From Acidobacteriota bacterium (GTDB lineage: Bacteria > Acidobacteriota > Vicinamibacteria > Vicinamibacterales > JAKQTR01), in contig JAPKZQ010000019.1 of assembly GCA_026393675.1 (NCBI GenBank), positions 14,333-78,332 on the forward strand: a DNA stretch of 64,000 nucleotides. The letters are read 5' to 3'. This document shows positions 36,976 to 46,033 of the stretch, piece by piece; the first letter of the stretch is position 1, and each line of letters starts with the position of its first letter. Position numbers and translations under genes: made by a program. The notes beneath the pieces were generated by a model, which was given only the letters and a program-made list of their open reading frames with translations, was not told where the DNA came from and did not search any database.

Positions 36976-37137
36976 CTCGAATCAGCTTCTCACAGTAGAA
37001 CGTCCACGTCAGCTCCGGTGAAGAAATCGCCTGACACGTGTCACCGAAACCCGACCGCGACGTCGCCCAACGGCATCACACCTGCGGCTGCAGATTCCCA
37101 CACGCGGAAATGCACCGGGTGCCACGCCGCCAGCAAA

Positions 37138-38217
37138 TCACCGGAGTTCGTACCAGACACCACGCCCGCTGCCGTGCTGGTTCAGGCTTCCACGATCGAC
37201 CAGCGCTCGGAAGTGCTGTTTCAGGGTGTTGCGACCTGCGCCTGTCAGGCGGATGGCCGCGCCCATCGTCACACGACCGTGCTCGCGTGCAACTTCCACG
37301 ATCCGCAACGAGAGTTCAGGCAGCGACGCCAGCACCAGTTTCTCGCGCTCGACCTTCTTCTCCAACCGTCGCACCTGTTCAGCCAGAGAGAACAAGAAGA
37401 ACTCCAGCCACGGCTGCCAGTTCGGGGCGTCGGTACGGATCGTCGCCTGGGTGAGCCGCAGGGCCAGGTAGTAGGCTTCCTTGTTGTGCTCGATCACGCT
37501 CTCCAGGGAGCTGTACGGGACATAGGCATAGCCCGCTTGCAGGAGCAGCAGCGTGGTGAGCACCCGGGAGAGCCGACCGTTGCCATCCTGAAACGGGTGG
37601 ATTTCAAGAAACACAACGACGCACAGGGCGATGATCAGCAGGGGATGCAGACGTCCTGCATCGCGTTCCTCCTGAACCCAGGTGACCATTTCTGTCATCA
37701 GCCGCGGCGTGTCAAAAGGCGTGGCGGTCTGGAACACGATGCCGATCTGGGCGCCGTTCTCGTCAAAGGCAGCAACGCTGTTGGCGTTCGTTTTGTAGTT
37801 GCCACGATGCCAAGTGTCCTTCTCGCTGTGGCGGAGCAGGATCTGGTGCAACTGCTTGATGTGGTTCTCAGTGACGGGAATGTCCTGCCACGAGCTGAAC
37901 ACCAGATCCATCAACTCGGCGTAACCGGCCACCTCCTGCTCGTCGCGGGTTGCGAAGGGCGTGATCAGCAGATTCGATAGGAGGCGCTCCACGTCCCGGT
38001 CGGAGAGCTTGCTCCCCTCGATCCGCGTGGATGAACCGATGCTCTCGATGGTGGCAACCCGGCGCAGGGCCGACAACCGATCGGGCGCAAGTGTGCCCAG
38101 AGCACGCCAAGCGCCCTTGAATTCGTCGATCCTGGCGATCAAGGCCAGAATCTCCTGCGTGATTTGGATGGTGTCAGACCGGATCACGAAACCAATATTA
38201 CACCCAATTACACCCAT
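37138..38217 (-). CDS. Fic/DOC family protein (class II, with N-terminal inhibitory motif) and a C-terminal wHTH
   Basis: Canonical Fic motif HPFQDGNGRLSR. N-terminal SSTRIEGS matches the (S/T)xxxE(G/N) alpha-inh motif. The C-terminal ...RNTLKQHFRALVDRGSL... is wHTH-like. Confidence 0.85.
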   Translation of the reverse strand: MGVIGCNIGFVIRSDTIQITQEILALIARIDEFKGAWRALGTLAPDRLSALRRVATIESIGSSTRIEGSKLSDRDVERLLSNLLITPFATRDEQEVAGYAELMDLVFSSWQDIPVTENHIKQLHQILLRHSEKDTWHRGNYKTNANSVAAFDENGAQIGIVFQTATPFDTPRLMTEMVTWVQEERDAGRLHPLLIIALCVVVFLEIHPFQDGNGRLSRVLTTLLLLQAGYAYVPYSSLESVIEHNKEAYYLALRLTQATIRTDAPNWQPWLEFFLFSLAEQVRRLEKKVEREKLVLASLPELSLRIVEVAREHGRVTMGAAIRLTGAGRNTLKQHFRALVDRGSLNQHGSGRGVWYELR

Positions 38218-38254
38218 TTAGGCCCGTATCCACAAAGACACCCAATTACACCCA
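38201..38254. repeat. 16-bp direct repeat x2 at the Fic gene 5' end
   Basis: CACCCAATTACACCCA occurs at 38201-38216 and 38239-38254, in an AT-richer stretch. Confidence 0.7.
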
Positions 38255-38354
38255 CTCGGCGTCCGTGATCCGTCCGTACCACACACTCCGGATTCACGCC
38301 GCTGCTCATGTCGGTGCCGAGCAGGGCCGCTGGGACACACACCGGCGCGGTCGC

Positions 38355-38639
38355 TCAGTCGTCGGACGGCAGAACGTAACGCTCTTTGGGGGTCAGATCC
38401 TTGGGCTGAACGAATCCGACTTGGCGCCTTCTTGCATCCGTTCTCAGAATCCAGGCGATGTCTTCCATCTCGCGAATGGATGCATGCTGCCGGCTGACGT
38501 GCTCGGTGCAGAAGGTAACGGAGAAGGTGATCCGGTTGTGGCCACGAACGGCTCGCGACGATGGGCGACGTTGCGCGTCGTCAGCGATGTCAGTCAGAAT
38601 GAGTCTCTGCCGGAACATCGGTGGACATGGCAACGACAA
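38355..38639 (-). pseudogene. 5'-replaced/truncated paralog of the small ORF at 43807-44133
   Basis: The C-terminal 62 aa (GHNRITF...KERYVLPSDD, nt about 38355-38543) differ at 4 positions from residues 47-108 of the 108-aa ORF. The N-terminal 32 aa are unrelated and lack the CxxC region. Confidence 0.5.
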
Positions 38640-38651
38640 CGCGAGGTATCC

Positions 38652-39704
38652 ATGATGAACAGGACGATCGGATATGCGGCGCAGAGCGCGACGACGCCGC
38701 TTGAATCATTGTCTTTCGAACGCCGCGAACCTGGATCGAGCGATGTGGAGATCGAGATTCAGTACTGCGGAGTCTGCCATTCAGACTTGCACACGGCGCG
38801 CAACGAGTGGATGAACACCGTCTATCCTGTGGTCCCTGGTCACGAAATCGTCGGCCGGGTCAGCCGCGTGGGCAGCGGCGTGACGCGCTTCGCGGCCGGC
38901 GATCTGGTGGGCGTGGGCTGCATGGTCGATTCCTGCGGCATCTGCTCGGACTGCATCGAGGGCCTGGAACAATACTGCCAGGGTGGCTTGACGCTCACCT
39001 ACAACAGCGCCGACAAGCACACCAGGACGATGACCTACGGAGGCTACTCGAAGCGCATTGTCGTCGACGAACGTTTCGTGTTGCGTGTTCCGGACACGTT
39101 GAGCCTTCCCGGCGTGGCACCGCTCCTCTGCGCGGGGATTACCACCTACTCACCCTTGCGCCACTGGGGAGTGGACAGCGGGAAGAAGGTCGGGATCGTC
39201 GGGCTCGGCGGGCTTGGTCACATGGGCCTGAAGTTCGGGCACGCGTTCGGAGCCCACGTCGTGCTGTTCACGACCTCTCCCGGCAAGGCGGCCGATGCAC
39301 GCCGGCTCGGTGCCGACGACGTCGTGATTTCAACGAACCCCGACGAGATGAAGCGCCACGCCGGCAGTTTGGACTTCATCCTGGACACGGTCGCTGCCCC
39401 GCATGACCTGGACGCGCTCACCGCGCTCCTCAAGCGTGACGCGACGCTGTGTCTGGTGGGCGCACCGGCTCACCCGCATCCGTCTCCGGCCGTCTTCAAC
39501 CTGATCTTCCGGCGACGGCAGATCGCGGGCTCGCTGATCGGCGGCATCCGCGAGACCCAGGAGATGCTCGACTTCTGCGCCGAACACGGCATGACATCGG
39601 ACGTCGAAGTGATCCCGATGCAGGACATCAACATCGCTTACGAACGCATACTCAAGAGCGACGTGAAATACCGTTTCGTGATCGACCTCGCGTCGTTGCG
39701 CTAG
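38652..39704 (+). CDS. zinc-dependent NAD(P) alcohol dehydrogenase (YahK/cinnamyl-ADH-like)
   Basis: GVCHSDLH, GHEIVG, structural-zinc Cys cluster CGICSDCIEGLEQYC, and GLGGLGH Rossmann motif. ATG 38652 was chosen (MMNRTIGYAA...). Confidence 0.85.
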   Translation: MMNRTIGYAAQSATTPLESLSFERREPGSSDVEIEIQYCGVCHSDLHTARNEWMNTVYPVVPGHEIVGRVSRVGSGVTRFAAGDLVGVGCMVDSCGICSDCIEGLEQYCQGGLTLTYNSADKHTRTMTYGGYSKRIVVDERFVLRVPDTLSLPGVAPLLCAGITTYSPLRHWGVDSGKKVGIVGLGGLGHMGLKFGHAFGAHVVLFTTSPGKAADARRLGADDVVISTNPDEMKRHAGSLDFILDTVAAPHDLDALTALLKRDATLCLVGAPAHPHPSPAVFNLIFRRRQIAGSLIGGIRETQEMLDFCAEHGMTSDVEVIPMQDINIAYERILKSDVKYRFVIDLASLR

Positions 39705-39967
39705 CGGGATCGAATCAGGGTGAAGCAACTCGACCGGGTGTTCCGAGCCGGTTCCGAGCTCGACGCGAGAGTAGCCGCGTGGCGAGCCCAGCGACGACGA
39801 CGGACGTTCAAGCCGCCGTCGCTGGAAACAAGGACGCAGTCGTCTTGCGGTTGAAGAAGTAGACCAGCCGCAACGCACCGCTGTTGCGGAGGCATCACCG
39901 AAGAGGAAAGCCGCACGTTCGCACTCCGCGCCGACCGCGAACAGCGCACCGTCTCCCAGCGCGTTGC

Positions 39968-40471
39968 CTACTGCTTGTCGTAGACCGCCACAGCGTTGAC
40001 GGTTTGTCCCTGGGCATTCGTGCCAGTGGCCGTGATGGTCATCGTCTTCCCATCGCTGGACACGACAGCGTTCTGAGTGATGGTGACCTTCCCACCCTTC
40101 TTGTAGATGTTTCTCGTCGTATTTGCGTCGACACGCGTGATAGCCACGACTTCGCCGTACGGGCTGTTGCCCGTGATGGGGTAGTCCTTCCCGTCGTAGT
40201 TCGCGCTGTATGCCCAGTGCTTCACTGTGTCGTCGGCAGCCACCGAATCAACCGAAACCTTGGCGCCTGCGCCCGCGGCCTCGACTGTGAAGGCGGCACT
40301 CTTTGATGCGGCTGCCGTGCCAGGACTGACCTTCGTCTTCGCGACGTTCAGCTTCCAGGTGCCAATATTTGTTGGACTGCTGGACTGAGCGAACGTCGTG
40401 CCTGCGAGCACGACAACCAACCCAAGTGCGACGACCGCGAAAAGACACGTCTGCCGGATTCTTGCCTGCAT
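39968..40471 (-). CDS. secreted beta-rich protein of unknown function
   Basis: Signal MQARIRQTCLFAVVALGLVVVLAGTTFAQ. GTWKLNVAKTK lipocalin-like start. No family assigned. Confidence 0.55.
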   Translation of the reverse strand: MQARIRQTCLFAVVALGLVVVLAGTTFAQSSSPTNIGTWKLNVAKTKVSPGTAAASKSAAFTVEAAGAGAKVSVDSVAADDTVKHWAYSANYDGKDYPITGNSPYGEVVAITRVDANTTRNIYKKGGKVTITQNAVVSSDGKTMTITATGTNAQGQTVNAVAVYDKQ

Positions 40472-40566
40472 GGATCCCTCTCTGTCTCTGGTGCCGAGGT
40501 TTATAGTGAGTTGTGACGGATGGGCGAGTCTACCCCAGTCTCAGCGTGTGAGCGGAGGAAATCGGA

Positions 40567-42354
40567 CTACTTCTCTTTCTTTAACGTCGCGATCCAGATA
40601 TCACCCTCGGTGCCGGTCTCCGTGTACGTAATCCACTTGTCGTCGCGCGACAGGCCGACGCTTCGGCCACCGACGTACCCGCCCACGGTAATGAGCTGGC
40701 GCCAGACCTGAGTGTCCGGATACACAATCCAGATGCCGCGACCGTCGCGGACGATCAGACGATGGCCGTCGCTCAGCCAGGCCATTGCCAGCCAGTTCGC
40801 GCTGCCCGGTTGCGTCACATACTGCCGCGAGGCCAGCGTGAGTACACCGAGGCGCATACCCGACGGGCCCTGGATGCCGCCGGCGAGGCGCGTGCCGTCG
40901 GGCGACCACGCCAGCGGCCAGAAGAAGTTCGTGGCATCGATCGGCGGCTGCAGTTCCAGCGTTCCGCCAGACTCGCCCGGACGCAGGATGTACCAGCCTC
41001 CTGGCGTACCCGCCTTCGGGAGTTCCGAGAACGCCACCCGGCCATCCCGCGCCCACGCCGGAATGCTGACAGCGATCCGCGGCGTCGGGATCAGCGTCAG
41101 CTCGGTGCTGTCGGGCCGAACGGTCCACATTTGATAGGACCCGGAGCGATCGGAGTAAAAGAGGATGCGCTGCCCATTACTCGACCACACCGGCGAGCGG
41201 TTGCGGAACGCGTCATCGGTGAGCCGGGTGTAGTGCGTGCCGTCGATTCTCGCGACGATCACGTCTTCCTGCGCGCCAATTTCCGTGAACACGACCGACT
41301 GAACGTCGGGCGACACCTCATGATCGCGAATCGTACGGGTGCCCTTGAGCACGGACACGGCGGGGCCGACGACCGCTTCGCGCGCCGGATCGAAAGCGAC
41401 CTTAAGCAGGGTCGAGCGCCAGTCGAGACTCGCATAGGCGAGCTTCGTGCCGTCGCGGGAGATCGAGTAGTAACCGCTCCAGTTCGACGGCGTCGTCAGC
41501 GGCTCGGCGGCGCCGCGCGTGCGTCCGCTCGCCTCGTCTATCGGCACGCGCCACAGGTTCATGGGGCCGCCGCGAGTGCTGGAGAAATACAGGAACGTTC
41601 CGTCCGGTGACCACGTCGGACTCCAGTCGACGGCGGGATCATCGGTGACGGACACCCCGCCGGTGGCCGCCTCCGAGCCGTCGGCGGCGACCGTCCAGAG
41701 GTCGCGCTGTCCGCCGGCGCGCAGTCCCCAATAGGCGATCCGCGTCCCATGCGGTGACCAGTTCGGCTGCATCGCGTCACCGACGCCGACGACGACGCGC
41801 CGGACTCTGGTCGCAACATCGACCGCCGAGAGCCCGTCGGCCCTGGTGGCGCGATCGGTCGGCGAAAAAAAGGTCCCGTGGCTGACCGCGATTTCCCGAC
41901 CGTCTGGCGACCACGCCGGGTGGTACCCGAAGTCGGTGATCCGCTTCACCGATTCACCTGTCGCGCTCATCACGAAGATACCGCCGGGGTCCCGCTCGGA
42001 CCGAAACGCGATTCGCTCGCCCTCGGGAGAGAAAGCCGGCTGCGAGTCGTTGAAGCGAGAATCCGCAGTCAGCCCGACGGCATTGCGACCGCCCACGTGC
42101 ACGCTGTAGATGTGAGAACTACCCGACGCGCCAGCCGCATAGACGACGGTGCGTCCATCCGGCGAGATCGTCGGCTGCGTCTCGACGCCGGGGCTGTCGG
42201 TGACCTGCTGAAACGAGACGACCGTTGGCCCGCCGGACGAGCGTCCCGCCGGCGCGACGTATCGTCCTGCGACAAACGCCGCGCCCGCAAGCAGCAGCCC
42301 CGCCGCCGCGAAGGCGATGACGGGCGCGCGAGCGCGACGAGGCGCTGGCGCCAT
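40567..42354 (-). CDS. membrane-anchored PD40/TolB-type beta-propeller repeat protein
   Basis: TM anchor APVIAFAAAGLLLAGAAFVAG. Repeated PD40 motifs (P.ISPDGR.VVY, PAFSPEGERIAF, PAWSPDGREIA, PNWSPHGTRIAY, PTWSPDGTFLYF, PVWSSNGQRILF, LAWSPDGTRLA). Start chosen at 42354; the ORF-track extension to 42807 is unsupported. Confidence 0.75.
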   Translation of the reverse strand: MAPAPRRARAPVIAFAAAGLLLAGAAFVAGRYVAPAGRSSGGPTVVSFQQVTDSPGVETQPTISPDGRTVVYAAGASGSSHIYSVHVGGRNAVGLTADSRFNDSQPAFSPEGERIAFRSERDPGGIFVMSATGESVKRITDFGYHPAWSPDGREIAVSHGTFFSPTDRATRADGLSAVDVATRVRRVVVGVGDAMQPNWSPHGTRIAYWGLRAGGQRDLWTVAADGSEAATGGVSVTDDPAVDWSPTWSPDGTFLYFSSTRGGPMNLWRVPIDEASGRTRGAAEPLTTPSNWSGYYSISRDGTKLAYASLDWRSTLLKVAFDPAREAVVGPAVSVLKGTRTIRDHEVSPDVQSVVFTEIGAQEDVIVARIDGTHYTRLTDDAFRNRSPVWSSNGQRILFYSDRSGSYQMWTVRPDSTELTLIPTPRIAVSIPAWARDGRVAFSELPKAGTPGGWYILRPGESGGTLELQPPIDATNFFWPLAWSPDGTRLAGGIQGPSGMRLGVLTLASRQYVTQPGSANWLAMAWLSDGHRLIVRDGRGIWIVYPDTQVWRQLITVGGYVGGRSVGLSRDDKWITYTETGTEGDIWIATLKKEK

Positions 42355-42570
42355 CGAGGCCGGCGACCGCCCGCTCGGCGGACGATCAGACGCGCCACGA
42401 GCAGGACCGTCAGCAACAGAACGGTCGCAAAGGTCGCGACGACCAACGTCTCGATCCGCAACGCGACGAAGGATCGGCCGCTCGCTGCTGTGCTTCTGGC
42501 CGCTCGCGGCGGATTGTGGTAGTGCTATCGTGATATACATGTGGTAGCGTTTTATGTATACTACGAGAGC

Positions 42571-43701
42571 ATGGTCCAGCGTCCGTTCTGGCAGCATCGC
42601 CTCGAGCAGGCATGGCGCGACGCCCCGATTGCCTGGCTCTGCGGGGTTCGTCGCTGTGGGAAAACGACGCTCGCCCAAAGCCTCGGCTCCAAGCGAACGC
42701 TCTATGTGAACTGTGACCTGCCAACGACGGAAGACATGGTCCGCGACCCCCAGGTCTTCTTCCGCTCCGTCGGCAAGCCCGTGGTGGTCTTTGACGAGAT
42801 CCACCAACTGCGGGACCCGGCCCGCGTGCTGAAGATCGGAGCCGACGCGTTTCCGAAGCTGAAGATCCTGGCGACGGGTTCATCGACGCTCGCCGCCAGC
42901 AAGAAGTTCCGCGACACGTTGACGGGGCGAAAGCGGACGATCCACATGCTCCCTGTCCTGTTGGAGGAACTTCCAGCCTTCGGCGTGACCCTGAACGATC
43001 GGCTCTTTCGCGGCGGTCTGCCGTCGGCGCTGCTCGCCGACGCCAAGACTCCGGCGTTCTACCGGGAGTGGCTGGACTCGTTCTTCGCGCGCGACATCCA
43101 GCGCCTCTTCGGGTTCCGGGACATCAATCGGTTCAACGCCTTTTTCGAATACGTCCTGCGTCAGAGCGGCGGCCAGTTCGAAGTGACGTCGGCCGCGAGG
43201 GATCTCGGCATCACGCGGCCCACCGTCGAGAGCCATCTGCGCGCGCTGGAAATCACGCACGCGGCGTCGGTGGTCCGCCCATTCCACGGCGGCGGGCAGA
43301 ATGAGCTGGCCAAGCAGCCCAAGGTCTACGGGTTCGACACCGGGATGGTGAGCTTCGCGCGCGGGTGGGACCCGCTCCGGCGCGACGACCTCGGCGTCCT
43401 CTGGGAGCATCTCGTACTCGAACATCTGCAGGCGCACTTTCCACAGACGCCCGTTCTCTATTGGCGGGACAAGGCCCAACGCGAGCTCGACTTCGTGCTC
43501 GCGCATCGGCGGAATGCCGTGGATGTCGTCGAGTGCAAGTGGGACCCGGCCGCGTTCGACGTCGCGGCGCTCCGCGTGTTTCGCGGGTACTACCCGAACG
43601 GCCGGAACTACCTCGTCACGCCGTCTGGCGATCCGACCTACACCAGGCAGTTCGGGAGACTGGACGTGCGCGTCTGCACGCCGACCGAGCTGCACGCGTA
43701 G
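42571..43701 (+). CDS. AAA ATPase with a DUF4143 domain (COG1373-like)
   Basis: MVQRPFWQHRLEQAW....IAWLCGVRRCGKTTLA P-loop, VVVFDEIH Walker B, and a C-terminal RELDFVL...VECKW restriction-endonuclease-like DUF4143 pattern. Confidence 0.75.
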   Translation: MVQRPFWQHRLEQAWRDAPIAWLCGVRRCGKTTLAQSLGSKRTLYVNCDLPTTEDMVRDPQVFFRSVGKPVVVFDEIHQLRDPARVLKIGADAFPKLKILATGSSTLAASKKFRDTLTGRKRTIHMLPVLLEELPAFGVTLNDRLFRGGLPSALLADAKTPAFYREWLDSFFARDIQRLFGFRDINRFNAFFEYVLRQSGGQFEVTSAARDLGITRPTVESHLRALEITHAASVVRPFHGGGQNELAKQPKVYGFDTGMVSFARGWDPLRRDDLGVLWEHLVLEHLQAHFPQTPVLYWRDKAQRELDFVLAHRRNAVDVVECKWDPAAFDVAALRVFRGYYPNGRNYLVTPSGDPTYTRQFGRLDVRVCTPTELHA

Positions 43702-43806
43702 GCGACACGGCATCGCTCCAGCCGGATCGATGGCCCGATGTGACGGTGGCGTCGAGACGCTGGAAAGGCCCGTCCATCTCGACTCTGATTCAGCCGGCGC
43801 AGTCGT

Positions 43807-44133
43807 TCAGTCGTCTTCCGGCAGAACGTACCGCTCTTTGGGCGTCAAGTCCTTGGGCTGGACGAATCCGACCTGGCGCCTTCTCGCATCGGTTCTCAGG
43901 ATCCAGGCGATGTCTTCCATTTCGCGGATGGATGCGTGCTGCCTGCTGACGTGATCGGTGCAGAAGTTAACGGCGAAGGTGATCCGGTTATGGCCGGACG
44001 TCAGCATGCCGCACTCCACGATTTCGTCCCGAAGGCGAACGCCCTTCGCGACGATCGAGTGCCGACAACTGAGGCACAGAGACGGCTCGCCCGGGCGTGC
44101 GGTGCTGCCCTCAATCTTGATGCGCATCGACAT
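43807..44133 (-). CDS. small Cys-rich hypothetical protein (108 aa)
   Basis: CLSCRH...C...C.DH suggests a possible zinc ribbon. The conserved C-terminal half is shared with 38355-38543. No family recognised. Confidence 0.5.
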   Translation of the reverse strand: MSMRIKIEGSTARPGEPSLCLSCRHSIVAKGVRLRDEIVECGMLTSGHNRITFAVNFCTDHVSRQHASIREMEDIAWILRTDARRRQVGFVQPKDLTPKERYVLPEDD

Positions 44134-44446
44134 GTCCTCCTACAGGTGCGTCATGCAACACCTCCTTTTTGCGAGCATGTGACGACGATGCCATCGTCGA
44201 ACGACGCGAGTCAAGTGGTGGGGGCGTGGTGTGGGGCCGAGATGCTCACCGCCCCGATCGTGGCGGAAGCGACGCGGGATCTTGGCTCACGGCTCCATGC
44301 CGGCAGCCGTGAGCGCAGCAAGGCCGCGGCCCAACGGCCCGGACCCGGCGGCGCTTGAGAGCTGTTCAGCGCCGCGGGTCAGGCCCGAAGGTGACCTTGC
44401 CGGAGGAGGGCCCCTCGCGCTCCCACGGTCCGCGCGGGTTGGGTCA

Positions 44447-44481
44447 TTGACGACGATGATGCCGGGTGGGATAATCCCACC
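44447..44481 (+). promoter_or_regulatory. vapBC-2 promoter with an overlapping palindromic operator
   Basis: TTGACG (44447-44452), 17 nt spacer, GATAAT (44470-44475). The palindrome GGTGGGATAATCCCACC (44465-44481) abuts ATG 44482. Confidence 0.55.
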
Positions 44482-44709
44482 ATGATCGTGACACTGGATG
44501 CGAAACGCCGACTCACTGTTCCCACCTCGCTGGCCCCGGCTGTGCCGGGCGAGTACTTCGACGCCCGCTTTGACCCTGAGGAAGACGCGATTGTCTTTCG
44601 CCGACTTCCCGCACACGGGGATTGGTTCACCATCCTCACGGAATGCCCCGTCAGCATGGACGACCTGCCCGTGCGCCGCCGTGAGCCCGCTCGGAGAAGA
44701 AAGCTGTGA
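44482..44709 (+). CDS. vapB: AbrB/SpoVT-type antitoxin (VapB-like), copy 2
   Basis: 72/75 aa identical to copy 1. Confidence 0.75.
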   Translation: MIVTLDAKRRLTVPTSLAPAVPGEYFDARFDPEEDAIVFRRLPAHGDWFTILTECPVSMDDLPVRRREPARRRKL

Positions 44710-45134
44710 GCTGGTTGCTCGACACTGACGTCCTCTCACAACCAGCCAAGCGTCACGGCGATCGTAAGGTGATCGCGTGGCTGCAGCGTGAGAAGGACCG
44801 GTGCTACACAAGCGCCATCGTCATCGCGCAACTGGCCTATTGGGTCCGCACGAAACAGGGACGTCAACGGGAACAGTTACAGGCGTGGCTCACGCGGCTG
44901 GTTGACGCGATGCAGGGCCGCATCCACGGGTTCAACGTGTCGGTGGCGCACGTCTGGGCGGAACAAGAGTACCTGCTCGCAAAAGCCAGCCATCGCATGC
45001 CCGTGGAGGACAGCTACATCGCGGCCACGGCCCGCCGGCACGGATTGACGATCGTGACCGGAAACGACCAGGACTTCCGCCGGCCGGGATTGAAGGTGCT
45101 GAATCCATTCACCGAACTTCCCGACGAGAAGTAG
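44706..45134 (+). CDS. vapC: PIN-domain toxin (VapC/FitB-like), copy 2
   Basis: 131/142 aa identical to copy 1. The acidic PIN residues are retained. Confidence 0.85.
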   Translation: MSWLLDTDVLSQPAKRHGDRKVIAWLQREKDRCYTSAIVIAQLAYWVRTKQGRQREQLQAWLTRLVDAMQGRIHGFNVSVAHVWAEQEYLLAKASHRMPVEDSYIAATARRHGLTIVTGNDQDFRRPGLKVLNPFTELPDEK

Positions 45135-45260
45135 GCTCGGGGTGTGCCTCCGGCAGCAACCGGGCCGCAGCGCTGGCGTACCGAACGGAATTGCCGGATT
45201 GATCCGGTTCAGAGAATGAAGAGGGGGTCCACCTTCGCGCCTCCGCTCTTCGAGCTTCGG

Positions 45261-45310
45261 CGTCGGAAGCGAACCCCCACACTCTTGCGAGTGCCAGCCC
45301 CTCAAGCTGG
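45261..45310 (-). repeat. tRNA-Leu internal/3' fragment (att-like relic B)
   Basis: 45270-45310 is identical (41 nt) to 54874-54914, from the T-arm through the variable arm to the anticodon stem. The preceding cgtcggaag is a degenerate copy of the acceptor 3' strand, with an 8-nt deletion. Confidence 0.7.
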
Positions 45311-46033
45311 CGAAATAGGTATGCACACATGATCAGACGCGGACTGTATTGACGGATCCTGATCACACGTGATCTCAAGCGTGCGCCCGTGACGACTTTA
45401 TTCGCACATATTCGCACACGCTGGGAGCCGCGCTCAGAGACATCACGCCCGGGCTGGAGATTCTCTCGCTTTCACGGATTTCGTGAATGCCAGGACCAGG
45501 GCGGCTATCCCGTTGACATCTCAACCGGCGTTGGGACAGCGGGCCGGAGAGCGTCCCTACCGGCTTGTGCAAGGAGAGCCACGCGGAGCCACGTGCCGCT
45601 GTCGGTATGGTTCCCTCGGCCACGCGCCTTGTCCGCCGTCGCCCGTCGTGAGCCGGTGCAGGGACCTGTGGACCTTGGGCGCAGAGCCGATCGGGGGGGC
45701 GCGGGCAGCGTCGTCTGAGGGGTCTTCTGTGTACCTGGTGAGCCGCGCCCCGCTAATCCGGCCTGTCGTCCGGCGTCAGGTAAACTATCAGGCGTCGCGG
45801 GTCGTAGGTTCCATAGTCAGGGGGTTGCGTTTTGGGTGGAGATCGCGGGTGAGGAGCGCGTGGGTGCGGCCGTTACGACGAATCGCGTCGTTGAGGCTGA
45901 CGGCTGTCTCCGCGGCCCCCTCCCTCGATTCGCCCGACCGCGGCATAGATCGTTCCAACGGCTCGCACTCGAATTCGCGAGCCTTTACCCCGCCACAACT
46001 GTCCATCGGATTGCTTGGAGCCCATCTGTGTTC

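Noticed and set aside
42355-42807. Upstream 151-aa extension of the PD40 propeller ORF.
   Set aside because: It runs through the AT-rich divergent promoter and into the antisense of the ATPase gene start. The TM anchor begins just after Met at 42354.
45389-45718. Possible tyrosine-integrase C-terminal remnant (RFHGFRECQDQGGYPVDISTGVG loosely resembles ..HDLRHT......G.....I...LGH).
   Set aside because: The spacing is too short, the RH and GH catalytic residues are absent, and no upstream integrase sequence exists. Similarity is at chance level without a profile search.
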